Of a stretch of DNA of 64,000 bases, positions 14,640-25,976 are shown piece after piece. Within the stretch, counting starts at the first letter, position 1. The number at the start of each line of letters is the position of its first letter. This stretch comes from Amphiscolops sp. MND2022 (lineage: Eukaryota). Where the stretch lies: NCBI GenBank assembly GCA_964187785.1, contig OZ076409.1:41046001-41110000 (forward strand). Direction: 5' to 3'. The notes below the pieces were generated by a model, which worked only from the letters and a program-made list of their open reading frames with translations, was not told where the DNA came from and did no database searches. Both the position numbers and the translations under genes were made by a program.

Positions 14640-16098
14640 GAAACTACTTGAACTTTTTTTACGTTTTTCTAGGTTACCAAGCTAATTTTTCAGTATTTTA
14701 TATAATTCTCAAGGAGACTTCCATGCATTGAAATTTCACTGATTCAATTGAATTTTATCAAGCTGCCTAAAAGATGCATCCTAAAGTTGGCGGCAATTCC
14801 AAGACAAGACGTTTTGAAAGTTTCATTACGAAGCAATTCTAATTTTGAAAGCAGCTCTGACCTCAATAATTGTACCGCGATTTCAATGCAAATAAACTTC
14901 AGTCATATTATAAGCTTCAAAGTAGCGTCATATTCAGCGTGCTATTTGACTAACAGTGATTACATAAGGTACTTACTTGAGAAACTTACGCGTGAAAACA
15001 AAGTGATCGAGGCGGCGAAGAAGTGGAATTGTTATCAGTTTTAAGTGAACTAGTGGGAGCTGCTTTGTAATCTATGAGCTCTTTTAGTATTTTCTATGTT
15101 TATCATTGCATTCAGAAAGCATGCATGGATGCAACATGGAAAACGTTCCGGCAGGTTCAACTGGCAATTTAGGTCGTTTTCAATTGGAATTTATTATGTG
15201 TGAAAATTTCAAAATTGGCACTAGCAGTGAATCATTATTTTGTTGTTTGAACACCGTCAATTAGATTCAGTTAGAGGCAATGAAATCAACTCACAAATTA
15301 GCGAACGCTCAGTGTTGGGGCGCTTATGACTGTAAACGGGTGTGATACATGTACTCATCCTTGGATTGAGCTTAGTGACGATGGGGAGGAAAAATTTCAA
15401 CCCTGCTGGTTGTATTTACAAGTTTTTTCCTTTCAGGTATATCACTGATTAGTTGTAAAACTTAGTCATGTATTCGGCGCTTTTCGGATTAAAAAATCTA
15501 CTATGGCAGTCCCTTTTTGAAACCAGCGAAAGACTTCTATAAGCTGAGCTATTCTATTACAAGAAGCAACTACGTAGCTGTAATTTAGTTATACCTGACT
15601 GCCACTTGGCCTAGAGGATGAAAAATTTCGGGACCATGCATGGAAACATTTTGCAGGATATCAATGCATCCTCCACTATTGGAATTAAAACTGAAAACAT
15701 TTCCACTTCTTCACCGCAGCGATCACTTTGTTTTCACGCGTAAGTTTCTCAAGTAGGTACCTTATGTAATCACTGTTAGTCAAATAGCACGCTGAATATG
15801 ACGCTACTTTGAAGCTTGTAGTGTGACTGAAGTTTATTCGCATTGCAATCGCGGTAAAATTGATGACGGTCTCAGCTGCTTTCAAAATTAGAACGTCGCC
15901 CTAATGAAACCTGCAAAACTTTGCGGCGCAGAATTGCCGCCAAATTTAGGATGCATTTTATAGGCAGCTTGATAAAGTTAAATCGAATCAGTGAAGTTTT
16001 AATGCATGGACGTTTCTTTGAGAATTTAATAATATCATCAAAAATTAGCTTGATAATCTACAAAATCATGCAAAACGTTCAAGCAGTTTAAACCAGGG
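14640..16098. repeat. Inverted pair of a dispersed ~500-bp repeat (about 14640-15150 plus, 15640-16098 minus)
   Basis: ORFs 14748+ and 15685- share SFKVASYSACYLTNSDYIRYLLEKLTRENKVI. Further partial copies lie near 8230-8500, 18570-18990, 43340-43510 and 44790-45250. Confidence 0.8.
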
Positions 16099-16535
16099 TA
16101 ACGCGGTTTTCCTGAGCTCTGAGAAGCAAGAGTGCATGGGTTCGATCACTGAACCGATTTTTCATTGCTTGCAAAAGTTGAGTAGAAACCATTGGTTTCC
16201 AGTTTTTCAGCACTAGGCCGGTTTCCTCAGATTTTTTTTCAAATCTGAACCACTGCCTTCAATTTTCAGCAGAAACAAAAATATGCGAGCATAGATGACT
16301 TTTTAGGTATTTCGGCACTATGCGACTTAACGATGTTTCCAGTTGGGGAAAAGGCGGTTTTCAAGTATTATGCGAATCCTTTCGGGTATTTTTCAGCATT
16401 GTAAAGTTGATAAAATTTCCTCAATTGTGTTACTTTGCATATTTAAAAAACTTTGTTTTTCTGAACCTTGAGCGGGCAGCGACTAGGGCCATTCCCTGCT
16501 TGTTTCAATTGCAATTTACTCAAAAAATTTTTCAG

Positions 16536-16697
16536 AAATCACAGAAGCCAGCCAAAAACAAGATGACCAAACAGCTAAATCAAGTGAACCTTTGGGTCAG
16601 CAACAGTCTCTGCAGATGACAAACTTAAGTGGTGACGTAAATACCTCGCGAGGGAATGCAACCTTGCAATGGGGACCCTCTGTCTCCTCAACACAAG
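16536..16697 (+). CDS. Candidate internal exon of a host gene (unknown low-complexity protein)
   Basis: tttttcAG acceptor; open frame ITEASQKQDDQTAKSSEPLGQQ...SVSSTQ; ends CAAG|gcatct (GC donor, phase 1). Confidence 0.45.
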
Positions 16698-17966
16698 GCA
16701 TCTCATTGTTTTCAAAAAAAGGCAACTCACAAAATCACTTTCGTGTTTAATATTTTCCGTCCATATTCCATATGAGAAAGGACAGACTATAGAAGTGGCT
16801 TTTTTATGACTAGCAAACTGGAAGACTAGGTAACTTTCTATAACTTTCTCCCGCCACTTTGCCTGGTGGTTAGTGTGTCTATGTGAGTGTAGACAGTGAC
16901 TTGAGTGCAGAGGTTCATGTGCTTGAATAAAGCGGTAGTGGAAAATTTTAAAACCTTTATAAAGCTAGGCTAGATCAAAAGAGTTTTTTGTTACTTTGCT
17001 TGATTTTTTTTCATCACATTAAAGGGTCCCCCTTTGAAATTGTTGATGCTCCAGCAAAGACAAAATGTTTGGTGGGCCTGAAGGGCCCTTTTTAAATTTT
17101 TGAGACTGCCAAACTTTCCAAAAAATCCTTATCAACTTTTTTTCACAAAAAAGTAGCTTTTAAATATTTTCAATCAGGGAAAACATTTTCAAGGTTTACC
17201 CCTCAGGTAATTGTTTGGTATTGTGAGATTGATGAAAATTTACCAAAAAAGAGTTCTAGAGCATATTAAACAAGATGCCGGCTTTGCACCGGGATATTTT
17301 TTGCCTTCAATTGGCTAACAATGGACGCTTAATCGAAAGTTTACCCCTCTTTAGTGAAACGCAATTTACTTCGTATATAACGTTAAAAGTTCGAATAAAT
17401 TGTGCTTGGACAAATGCCAGCTCTTTTTTCTAAGCACCAGGATATTAAGTAAAAAGTGAAGGTTTAGCAAAATTTGGGAACAAAAACGCAACACATATGA
17501 TTTTTCTCCCCCATACACAAATAAATTTGTGGGGGAGGAAAAAACTTTTACTTTTAAGCCTTGAGGTGGGCGCCAATTTGGGCCGTTCCCACCTTGTTAT
17601 TTAAAAAAACTATTTTTCAGATATTCCAATTAAAATACCCAAATGATACCCAATACACAGATGAACTTATTTAAAAAACATACCACCAAAGGAAACTGCC
17701 CCGAAATGTTTTGAATATGAACAAAAATGCCAGAAATTGCCTAAAAGAAACTAAAAAGACTCAAAAAATATTAAATTATTTTGATTCCACCAACAGGTCT
17801 AGCCACGGGAGCTCAAAACTTTATAAACTCCAGTAAACGAATACTTTTGCGAGACATTATTGGTCAAACGGCGTGAATATAAAACAAATTGAACAAGTGT
17901 AAAGGTGGAATTTTTAACTATTGATGATCGCTCGTTGAATGAATGAATGAAATGCCTTTGACGCAG

Positions 17967-18164
17967 CGCCCATTCCTGCCATTGTGGAGACTGCAATGAG
18001 TAGTACTGATGAAAATTTGCACCAATTGTCAGTTGAGATTCAGGGATTCGAGCCCGCCCAAAGACCAGAAACGCCTCCCAAAAGACCTCAGAGCTCGTAC
18101 AAGTTCGTAGAGATACAAGCAATCGGCGACTCATCAGGGCCAATCACAGCCATCGACCAATCAG
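17967..18164 (+). CDS. Candidate host-gene exon
   Basis: acgcAG acceptor; phase 1 matches the previous exon; PIPAIVETAMSSTDENLHQ...RPETPPKRPQS...TAIDQS; ends TCAG|gcagga (GC donor, phase 1). Confidence 0.5.
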
Positions 18165-18991
18165 GCAGGACTTGCAAATCTGTGACGTTATTGATACTAA
18201 ATGATATAACCGAATGCCTACTTGGATAATATTTTGGACAATGTTTCTTGTTGGACGGAGCAAAATCCAAAAACCAACCCAAACCCCCCAAGGTACTCCT
18301 TGTTTCTTATTCCCCTGGAAACGATAACGACTTTTTTCTTCGAAAACAATTTGCAAGAATGAAAGCATTTGATATGGTTATAAATTCTTGAAGGATTGTC
18401 TCTACAGTTGTTTTGACACATCCATCGAAATAAGACCCTGATTTTCAGTCGGCGCATTTTAGTTTTAGTGACTTTTAGAGACTTTTAGAGTTTCTAGTTT
18501 TTTCACAGCATGCAGGGTAATTTCTCATAAAACGTAGAAAATTCAGCAAGATTCCAGCGGTAAATCTTAACGTTCTACAACTTTTTGTAGGTTACCAAGC
18601 TAAATTTTTATGATTTTATAAAATGCTCAAGAAAATTTCCATGCAATAAAATTTCACTGATTTAATTTATTTTCATCAAGCTGCCTATGAAATGCATCCT
18701 AAATTTGGCGGCAATTCGGAGCCCCGAAGTTTTATAGGTTCCATTAGGAGAGACCTCAGTTAATAGTACGACAATTTCAGCGCAAATGAACTTCAGTCAC
18801 ATTATGCGTTTCAAAGTAGCGCCATATTGAGCGTGATATTTGACTAATGGTGATTGCATAAGGTACTTACATAAGTTACTTACATGGAAGCTGCGTTGTA
18901 ATTCTACAAAATTTCTCCAAGCAGGTTCTCAGAATTTTCCGATTTTTTAAAAAAAATGCCTTGCGTGCATGGAAGCAGAATGAAAAACTTC

Positions 18992-20648
18992 TTTTACGTC
19001 TGCAAGGTAAATTAACAAAAACACTTACCAAGCTTTACGACGGCCTGGTTGTCAAATGGCGGACAATTCTAAAACTACTTTGCCCAGGAAAGGCACTTGC
19101 AAAATCCACTACACACAATAATTTCGAGATGTCCTTCCTCTTCAATCTCCGGACAATATTTATTGTAAAGTATCTTGCCTTTTAGGATATAGGTGATTCC
19201 ACTCAATCCGTCTGAGTTCAAATGAACGTTATCCTTTTTAGGTGTTTCTTGCCAAACACTTGCCCGGAAATTCCTCTGAATTTCCAGCCTTCTTGACAAG
19301 AAGCAAGTAAAGAATTAACTTCTTTTGCTTGGAGTGGTTGAGAGTTGCGTAAAGGTATACCAAGTACGAAAACCTTTTTAGCTTTGGTAAATAAAGGATT
19401 TGCAAGATCAGATATCTGTCGAACCAAGTTTTTTGTCGTAGTGGCAAATAGGTTGTTACCGCCTATAAATAGGACGATGATATCATAAAGATTCTTTTTG
19501 GGTATAAAATTGTAAACGTGCTCTATTTTTTCTCCAGGCAGTGATAAAACTCTAAAGTTAGCAATATCAAGCCCTTTTCCTTGGCTATCAGAAATTAACA
19601 AATTTCTGGTTTTTGATACTTTGAGTAGATGATATCGCATCTATCTCGATATGAAAAATCAGCCAAAATTACTTTGAATAAATTTCGGAAGTCGGTGAAG
19701 CAATTACTGCATCTTTGACTTTGCACTTATTCTGTTTCACAAACATAAAGTAGCTTTGGAGCTCTAAATTGTGATTATAGGAATCAACTTAGCTGTCTCG
19801 ATGAGGGGTAGCGTTGTTGATCTGCTAAACCAAACGATAAGTCCAAGTCCTTGCGTCCACGATAACTTTCTCAAGCAAAAATATCGCAAACATATGCAAT
19901 ATAATAAATTGACGTTGGAATTTCGAAACAATATAATATCACTTGTTCAACTCCAAAAAGCTCTTCAATAGCCAGCGTTAACTGAATTAATTGTACGAGA
20001 AACTTCCGAGCTTCCACTTTCTTCAATACTTGAGTAGCAAAGTCGACTGATTTGGATCTCTACTTGGATGCTGTTGTTTCTTAGTAGGAGTTAACTCTGG
20101 TTACTTTAACATACAGGAAATACCTAATGGTGGATGTTTGTGGTTTAGTTTACCATCACCATACAAGCGCCTTGATATATAGAATAAGCAGAAACAAACT
20201 ATTTAGCTGGGCTGGAGGTATACACCAAAACATGTAAAATTATAAATAAAAAGCATACATTTAAGCAAGAATAAGGCATAGATTTTCACGTGTTATTTGC
20301 TGTTAAATAATCAGCGAAGTTCACAAACAGTCCTCATGGGTCCTACGGACACTTATGTAGCCCAAATATGGAGTTCATAACAAGTTAAATACGATAAACA
20401 AAGATTAAAATCCAAATTTACAGTAATTTTGGAAAAAGAATCAGAAATGGGGCCTAGAACACGAAAAGAAAAATTTTTCTCTTCAATTTTCACTTTTTTG
20501 GCTGGATAGCTTCTAGGGGTCAAATAATTGTGATTGGTTGAAAACTAGCGCTCAAATACACTTATACACAATTTAACAGCACTTTTAGTTAGGCTATATC
20601 GACCTATTTTTTCGCTAAGATTTTTGAATTTCGTTTGAGGCGCCAACA
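18992..20648 (-). mobile_element. Solo LTR of a Bel/Pao family (1657 bp), related to the LTRs at 54931 and 62744
   Basis: Minus strand begins TGTTGGCGCCTCAAA and ends CTTGCAGACGTAAAA, like the Bel/Pao LTRs. Long collinear similarity over about 19670-20420. 5-bp TSD ACTTC at 18987-18991 and 20649-20653. Confidence 0.92.
19075..19640 (-). CDS. SGNH/GDSL-type hydrolase ORF inside the solo LTR (one frameshift in an A-run near 19235)
   Basis: Motifs in the expected order: LLISDSQG (block I), SLPG (II), LFIGGNN (III), and after a 1-nt shift KKDNVHLN (block V, DxxH). About 188 aa, ending CSGFCKCLSWAK. Confidence 0.8.
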
Positions 20649-21474
20649 ACTTCCCTGCAAGTTCGACTAGGGTTGTGGATCTACCATGCATTTTCCAATA
20701 CCGTATGACTGCAATTAAATTATCACAAACAAAAATATTTCCCACTTCGTTCCCACAAACACACGATCAAGTTCTCAATTAATCATCTGATATAATCAAC
20801 GCTTCTCAAATAGCACGCCGAAGATGACGCTAGGTTTCAGTTTGTAACTTGACTGAAGTTGGTTTGCACTAAAAGGGCGGCAAAATGGCTAACTACATAA
20901 ACAAAACTGCAGAACTTCGTTGCTTCAGATCGCCAAAACTTTGATGAATCTTTCAAGCAGCTAATAAAAGTCGAATACAAGAAAGAAAAATTACAGTAAC
21001 TTAAACAATGACAGTCACCCTGAGAAGACCACTTTTACAAGTTTTTCAAATTTCACAAGGTGGAAATTTGAGCTTAGAATTTAGCTGATGTCGAGCTGTT
21101 CATCTTTTCAGATTAAATGAAACGGATGGCATTTATTCTTTTCGGATCATCTCTTTCACTGTTTTTATGATTTTATTTTTTTCGGATTTTACTCTTTTTA
21201 TGATATAACAATATATAGTTAAATAAATTGAAATTACGTTTAAAATTCAGATTTAGCGTTTTTTGCCTCTTTGCAGGCCGAGACTGGTGTTTAGAACCCA
21301 GCTACTACCAATACTGCTTTTTGAGCCTTTTGCATTTTCGCCAGTTTTGGCCGTTAAAGGCTTGTTTTATACTTCTGAATGAGAATATCAATATTTCACG
21401 TCTGGAAGCGAAAATCGTCTCGAAAAGCCATTATTTTTAACGCAATTTCTCTCTATGAGCAAGTTTTAACCTTT

Positions 21475-22393
21475 CCGGTTGAAACTCTTACTAGCATCTT
21501 GACAGTCATGGCAAGATCTTGGTAAAGTTTTACTACATCATGGCAACCATAGATCCTATGGCAAGATTTTTACAAAGAAGTATCATTATCCGAAGAACGT
21601 ATCTTATGACGATGGACAAAATTCTAAGATTATAAAAAACTCTATACTTTCGGTACAAGCAGCCGAGACTCATCAATTCAAAGGCTCATTTCATCCAACA
21701 GCGACTAGTTCTACACATTTTCATTATCAAACCCTTGAACCTGCTGAAACAAATTTGCGGGTAACAAGGTGCGAAAAAATACAATAGCGTATTCTGGCTT
21801 CCAAAATTTTGGCGAGAATCCTAATAACGTCTCTTCTGAGAAATGCGAACGCATCAAATGAAAGCTCATTTCGAGGGCTTTTGAAAACTTGTAACTTATC
21901 ACTCCTGTCGATTCCAGAGGCTGAGAAAAATGCTCTCACAGCCACTATCGGTAAGTTACACAGGGAATACTTAGAAATCCAGATATCTTTGTAAGTTGAT
22001 ATCTTACGCCGAAGTTCACACGCATTTTTGAACGGCGGTCGATGCCCCGTGTTGGGAAATTTTTCAGCTCGACTCGTTTTTGACGCTGTTGTTGGTGACG
22101 GTTTTGCAATTGATGGAACATTTTAATAAAAGTCTCCCTAAATAAACAGCATACAGACTCTTCAATCAAATTTTATACCTCGCTAACAGAAAATCTGCAT
22201 AGACGTTGACTTCTTTTCAGATTTTTTCTTGCCTAATAAGATTTTACAAAAAAGTTTCTTGGGAGCATGGCTCTCTTGATAAGATCTTACCATGGCAAAG
22301 TGAATACCATGCCAAGATCTTGACAAGATCTTAGCCAAGAATATTCCAAGAATTTTCCAAGATCTTACTAAGATATCCATGGAGGGCAACCCG
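21475..22393. mobile_element. Second copy of the CAAGATCTTG-rich MITE-like family
   Basis: Collinear with 6195-6925, sharing GATGGACAAAATTCTAAGATTATAAAAAAC and the terminal AAGATATCCATGGAGGG. Confidence 0.75.
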
Positions 22394-22644
22394 TGCGACA
22401 ATCGATGTTGTAAGAGATATTGTTATGTCGACATCAATTGCTTTATTGGACCAAAAATTTGAGCGCAAACGATGTCGATATAATGATTTTTGAACCTTGG
22501 TTCTCGTATATCAACCCCCGCGCGAGCTTAGGGAGGAATAAGGAAAATGGTCCAATATTTTTCTATTCGAAAAACGTTTGAAAATTTTTATTCAAACTTT
22601 AATGCTGCAAAAATTGACTGGATTGACTGGTAAAATTTAGGCAG

Positions 22645-24386
22645 TGTCGTAAGCATTAGCGTCGACTACACCATCTTTTCGGCGATTACAATTAGGCTTA
22701 CTAGCTGAACTGTCTTTAGGGTTAGTATTTTGCAGTCCTTCAGAATTTGCTTCCGGTCTCTCAGACGGAACGTCCCATCTATTCTGAGTCAAGTATCCCG
22801 ATCCGGCACTTAGAGCAGATTGAATCTGAGGCAATACCTGATTGCTAATTGCGTCGCTAATCGCCTTTTGAATCTGGGAATTGACACTACACATTATATC
22901 ATCTAGTTCTCTCGACAGCCTCGAGTTCAACTCGCTTGACAATTTGTTAATCTCAGCACTAGAATTACCTCCTGTTGAAATCTGGCCATAATCGGCATTA
23001 TTACTAGGACCTGTGTCCCTTATGGCTGAGTACCTGTTTTCACCATTATTCTCTAATTTGTCTGCAGAAGTACTGCCAGGCCTTCTGCCAAAATTGCTGC
23101 TGACACTTTCATCTCTCTCATTTCTATTGAAATGGTTTTCCCCTAACATAATATCAAGGTTTTCAATGTCAGACTGCATTTCTATTCCTCTTGACTTCCT
23201 AGCCTTTTTCTGTCTTCTTGTAGTAGGCATTAAGAATTCGAGGTTGAATAATTTATTGGTGATCTAAGTTTTACAATCTATAAGAGCAAAACAAACTGAG
23301 TGAGAGTATCATAAAGAAAAATGTGTCCACCTCTCGGAACAGGTAGGTATATATACTTCCGAGAGAATGGAATTTACATATTTTGATATAATACCCGCAA
23401 TTTACAAATTCCTTAAGTCACGAGGTTAAGGCACAACACTGGTTAAAATGAGGCGGTTAGCACCTTATCAAAGAACTCTAGGAATTCATACTTGTTAGGG
23501 TCACGAAGTTATATCCTTCCATTCGGAAACATCAACAATATTACTACATATCATCATAGTTGAGTGGCATCGGCAACAAACATCAAACAAATAATCATAA
23601 CGCAACTATCTAAAGAATGTCCATCACGGAATGCTGCCACGTGCCTGCGAATGTCGGCCGTTGCAACAAACGAGTAGCTTTAGCGTAAATCACGAAACAA
23701 AACACAACATGTCCTAAATCGGCCATTGGACTTTAATTCATTCAGAGCGAATAGCCTAGTTAGTCCAAAAGACTGGTACTAAGAATTGGGCTGGTATGGG
23801 GGTACTAATTATTTCAAACAGCGTAAAGGCACTAATTATTAACTTCAGGTGTAAATAGAAAGCTTACATGACTATTGAGCACTACAACATTATTAATACA
23901 ATAAGCTACAACAACGATTAAAGAAATAGCCTAATCCGGCCATCTGCCTAGTATTCCAACTAATTTAATGCACCATTAGGACAAACGGCCATATCCGGCC
24001 AATTTATTAAAGCAGTATAGCATCATGAAATACTTGAATATGATTGGTTGGTACATTAAGCTCAAGTGACGCTCTCGGACTGAAAGCTACGTACACTCGA
24101 ACTCGTTTCCTTTAAGCCGTTTAGTAGCTTGCGTTGAACTACAATTTATACTGAGCATCGTTCTTTTACAACTTGCAACTTCACTTGTCTAATGTATTAT
24201 TAGCAGACTAATACGCATTGTATCATAATAAAATTGTAATTGATCTAGGCAAACATAAATTTTGGGAGTGAGTTTTTAGAGTTTAGCGTAAACCTGTTCA
24301 AAATGTTGGTAGGGTTCCGGGAATTATCTCTTGACTGGCTGCTGAAGTCGTTATTAAAGTGCCATCACAGGCGGCAGCCTGCGACA
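22645..24386 (-). repeat. 3' LTR of the Gypsy element
   Basis: Near-identical to 36969-38710 (about nine substitutions seen by eye). Contains the duplicated gag N-terminus (ORF 22637..23230). Confidence 0.97.
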
Positions 24387-25082
24387 CTGCGGGTGTTATG
24401 AATAGAAAAGAGCCGGCATTCAGTCCGTTCTCGTAGGCCTCTCTCCTGATTCTCGTTATGTAATCTGGTTCTCCTCGTGGTTTAGATCTCTCACATACCA
24501 GTCCACTTTTTCCTTTTTGATTGCCTCCACTGACCTGCCGCAGACCATACAGCCAGAATACAGCTTCGTACTGACGTTTTCATAGGGTCTTGTATTCTGC
24601 ACATGATAAGAGGCGTGAAAACCCCCCATTGCTGGCTGCATAATAGGAGTGTCTGAGCTAGGCCCCCTCTCGTGTTCAGGGGGTGACATTGGTGTGTCTG
24701 GGATTGGCAACAAGGTTTTGCAGATTTCTATGCGCAATTTTCCTGCTTTTTTCGGCGGAGCGTAACACATTTCTTTGTCGAAATACCTGTGGTCCAATTT
24801 TGGGGTAATATCGGTTCGTACTTGAGCCGAACTTGGCCCAGCTTCTAGTTCGTCTTCCACGGGTTCGTCCACAGTCATGATCCTGCCTGCTACTAGCATG
24901 GGACTTGACGTGACTTCTCTTTCGATCCTTGCCACGAGCTGCTCTGTATCCGTGGAGCAGTCTGTTTCCCAGTCAGATGATTCGTCTTCGTCACTAGATA
25001 TGTAGATGACGGATCTTTCGGAGTCATCAGAGTCCGATTCTTCTAGGCCAAACAGTTTCCTTGAGAGGTTAAATTTGCTCAT
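24298..25082 (-). CDS. Gypsy accessory ORF3: acidic N-terminus with SIM-like motif and a CxxC; one apparent frameshift near 24490; ends inside the 3' LTR
   Basis: MSKFNLSRKLFGLEESDSDDSERSVIYISSDEDESSDW...CMVCG...VDWYV. An alternative frame continues RSKPRGEPDYITRIRREAYENGLNAGSFLFITPAVSQAAAC...PTF to TGA at 24300-24298. No signal peptide or transmembrane segment, so not a typical env. Confidence 0.7.
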
Positions 25083-25976
25083 TATAATTTTCTTGGCAAT
25101 TTTCGAAGCTAGCTGAGTCAACAGTTTGTCGATGAAATATGAGATAGAATGAATATATCAATTTTAGGAGATTAGCCGAGTTCGGCCTTTTTCCGACAAT
25201 CCGTTTTGGCGGAAGAATTCCTCGGTTGATTCTCCCTATCCGACGTAAACATTTCTGAATGGAATTCCATAATTAGTCGGCTATCTTTGATGATTCAATG
25301 TTTACCCCTCATCAGCAACACCGCTTGGAGAGGTGTGAATAACACTCAAGTTGTTAAAACCAACTTCATGATTTTCAAGTGGGTAATTAACAGGTCGCCT
25401 GAAGGTAATTAGCGGAGCGCGCCGTAACTTCTTCTTAACATGGCGTTAACCAATCAGATTCTTCCGTAGATAAATTGAAAAATTAATAAATAAAATGGCG
25501 GAAAATAATAATTCCGAATATTCCAAAATGGCGAATTTCTAACTAAGGGTAAATAAGGGCAACTGAACAAAACGGCAAAACAACACGGGGCAAACGGCCA
25601 TAACCGGCCTCTAATTAAATAAGCTGTAAATAACAAAGATCTTTGTACACTTCGCTGGCAGACTCCATGTACAGAATAAATATGTAGATAATCCATAATA
25701 TTAGTCTGGTAATAATCTTCAGCCACGAACTCCAACTTTCTAATTCATTATATTTATTTCCTGATTCAATTCCAATTCCATTTGAATTCCGTTTATTCTC
25801 CATTTGTATTCTATTTGGAATTTCCTGATCAGCGATTATCTCGATCTATCTCCAGCTTCGACGCTGACTCTCCGGAGTACTGCGGATTCCCCTTTTACGT
25901 CATAGCCGATCCTAGTCTGTTCCCTCATCAACTCTATCCAGATCAGGATCGATTCCAGAAAGGCGCCCCTTGCAGA

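Noticed and set aside
22637..23230. 197-aa ORF as an independent gene
   Set aside because: It is the 3' LTR duplicate of the gag N-terminus and terminates in flanking DNA.
24456..25121. ORF3 as a retroviral env
   Set aside because: No signal peptide, fusion peptide or transmembrane segment; it is short and acidic.
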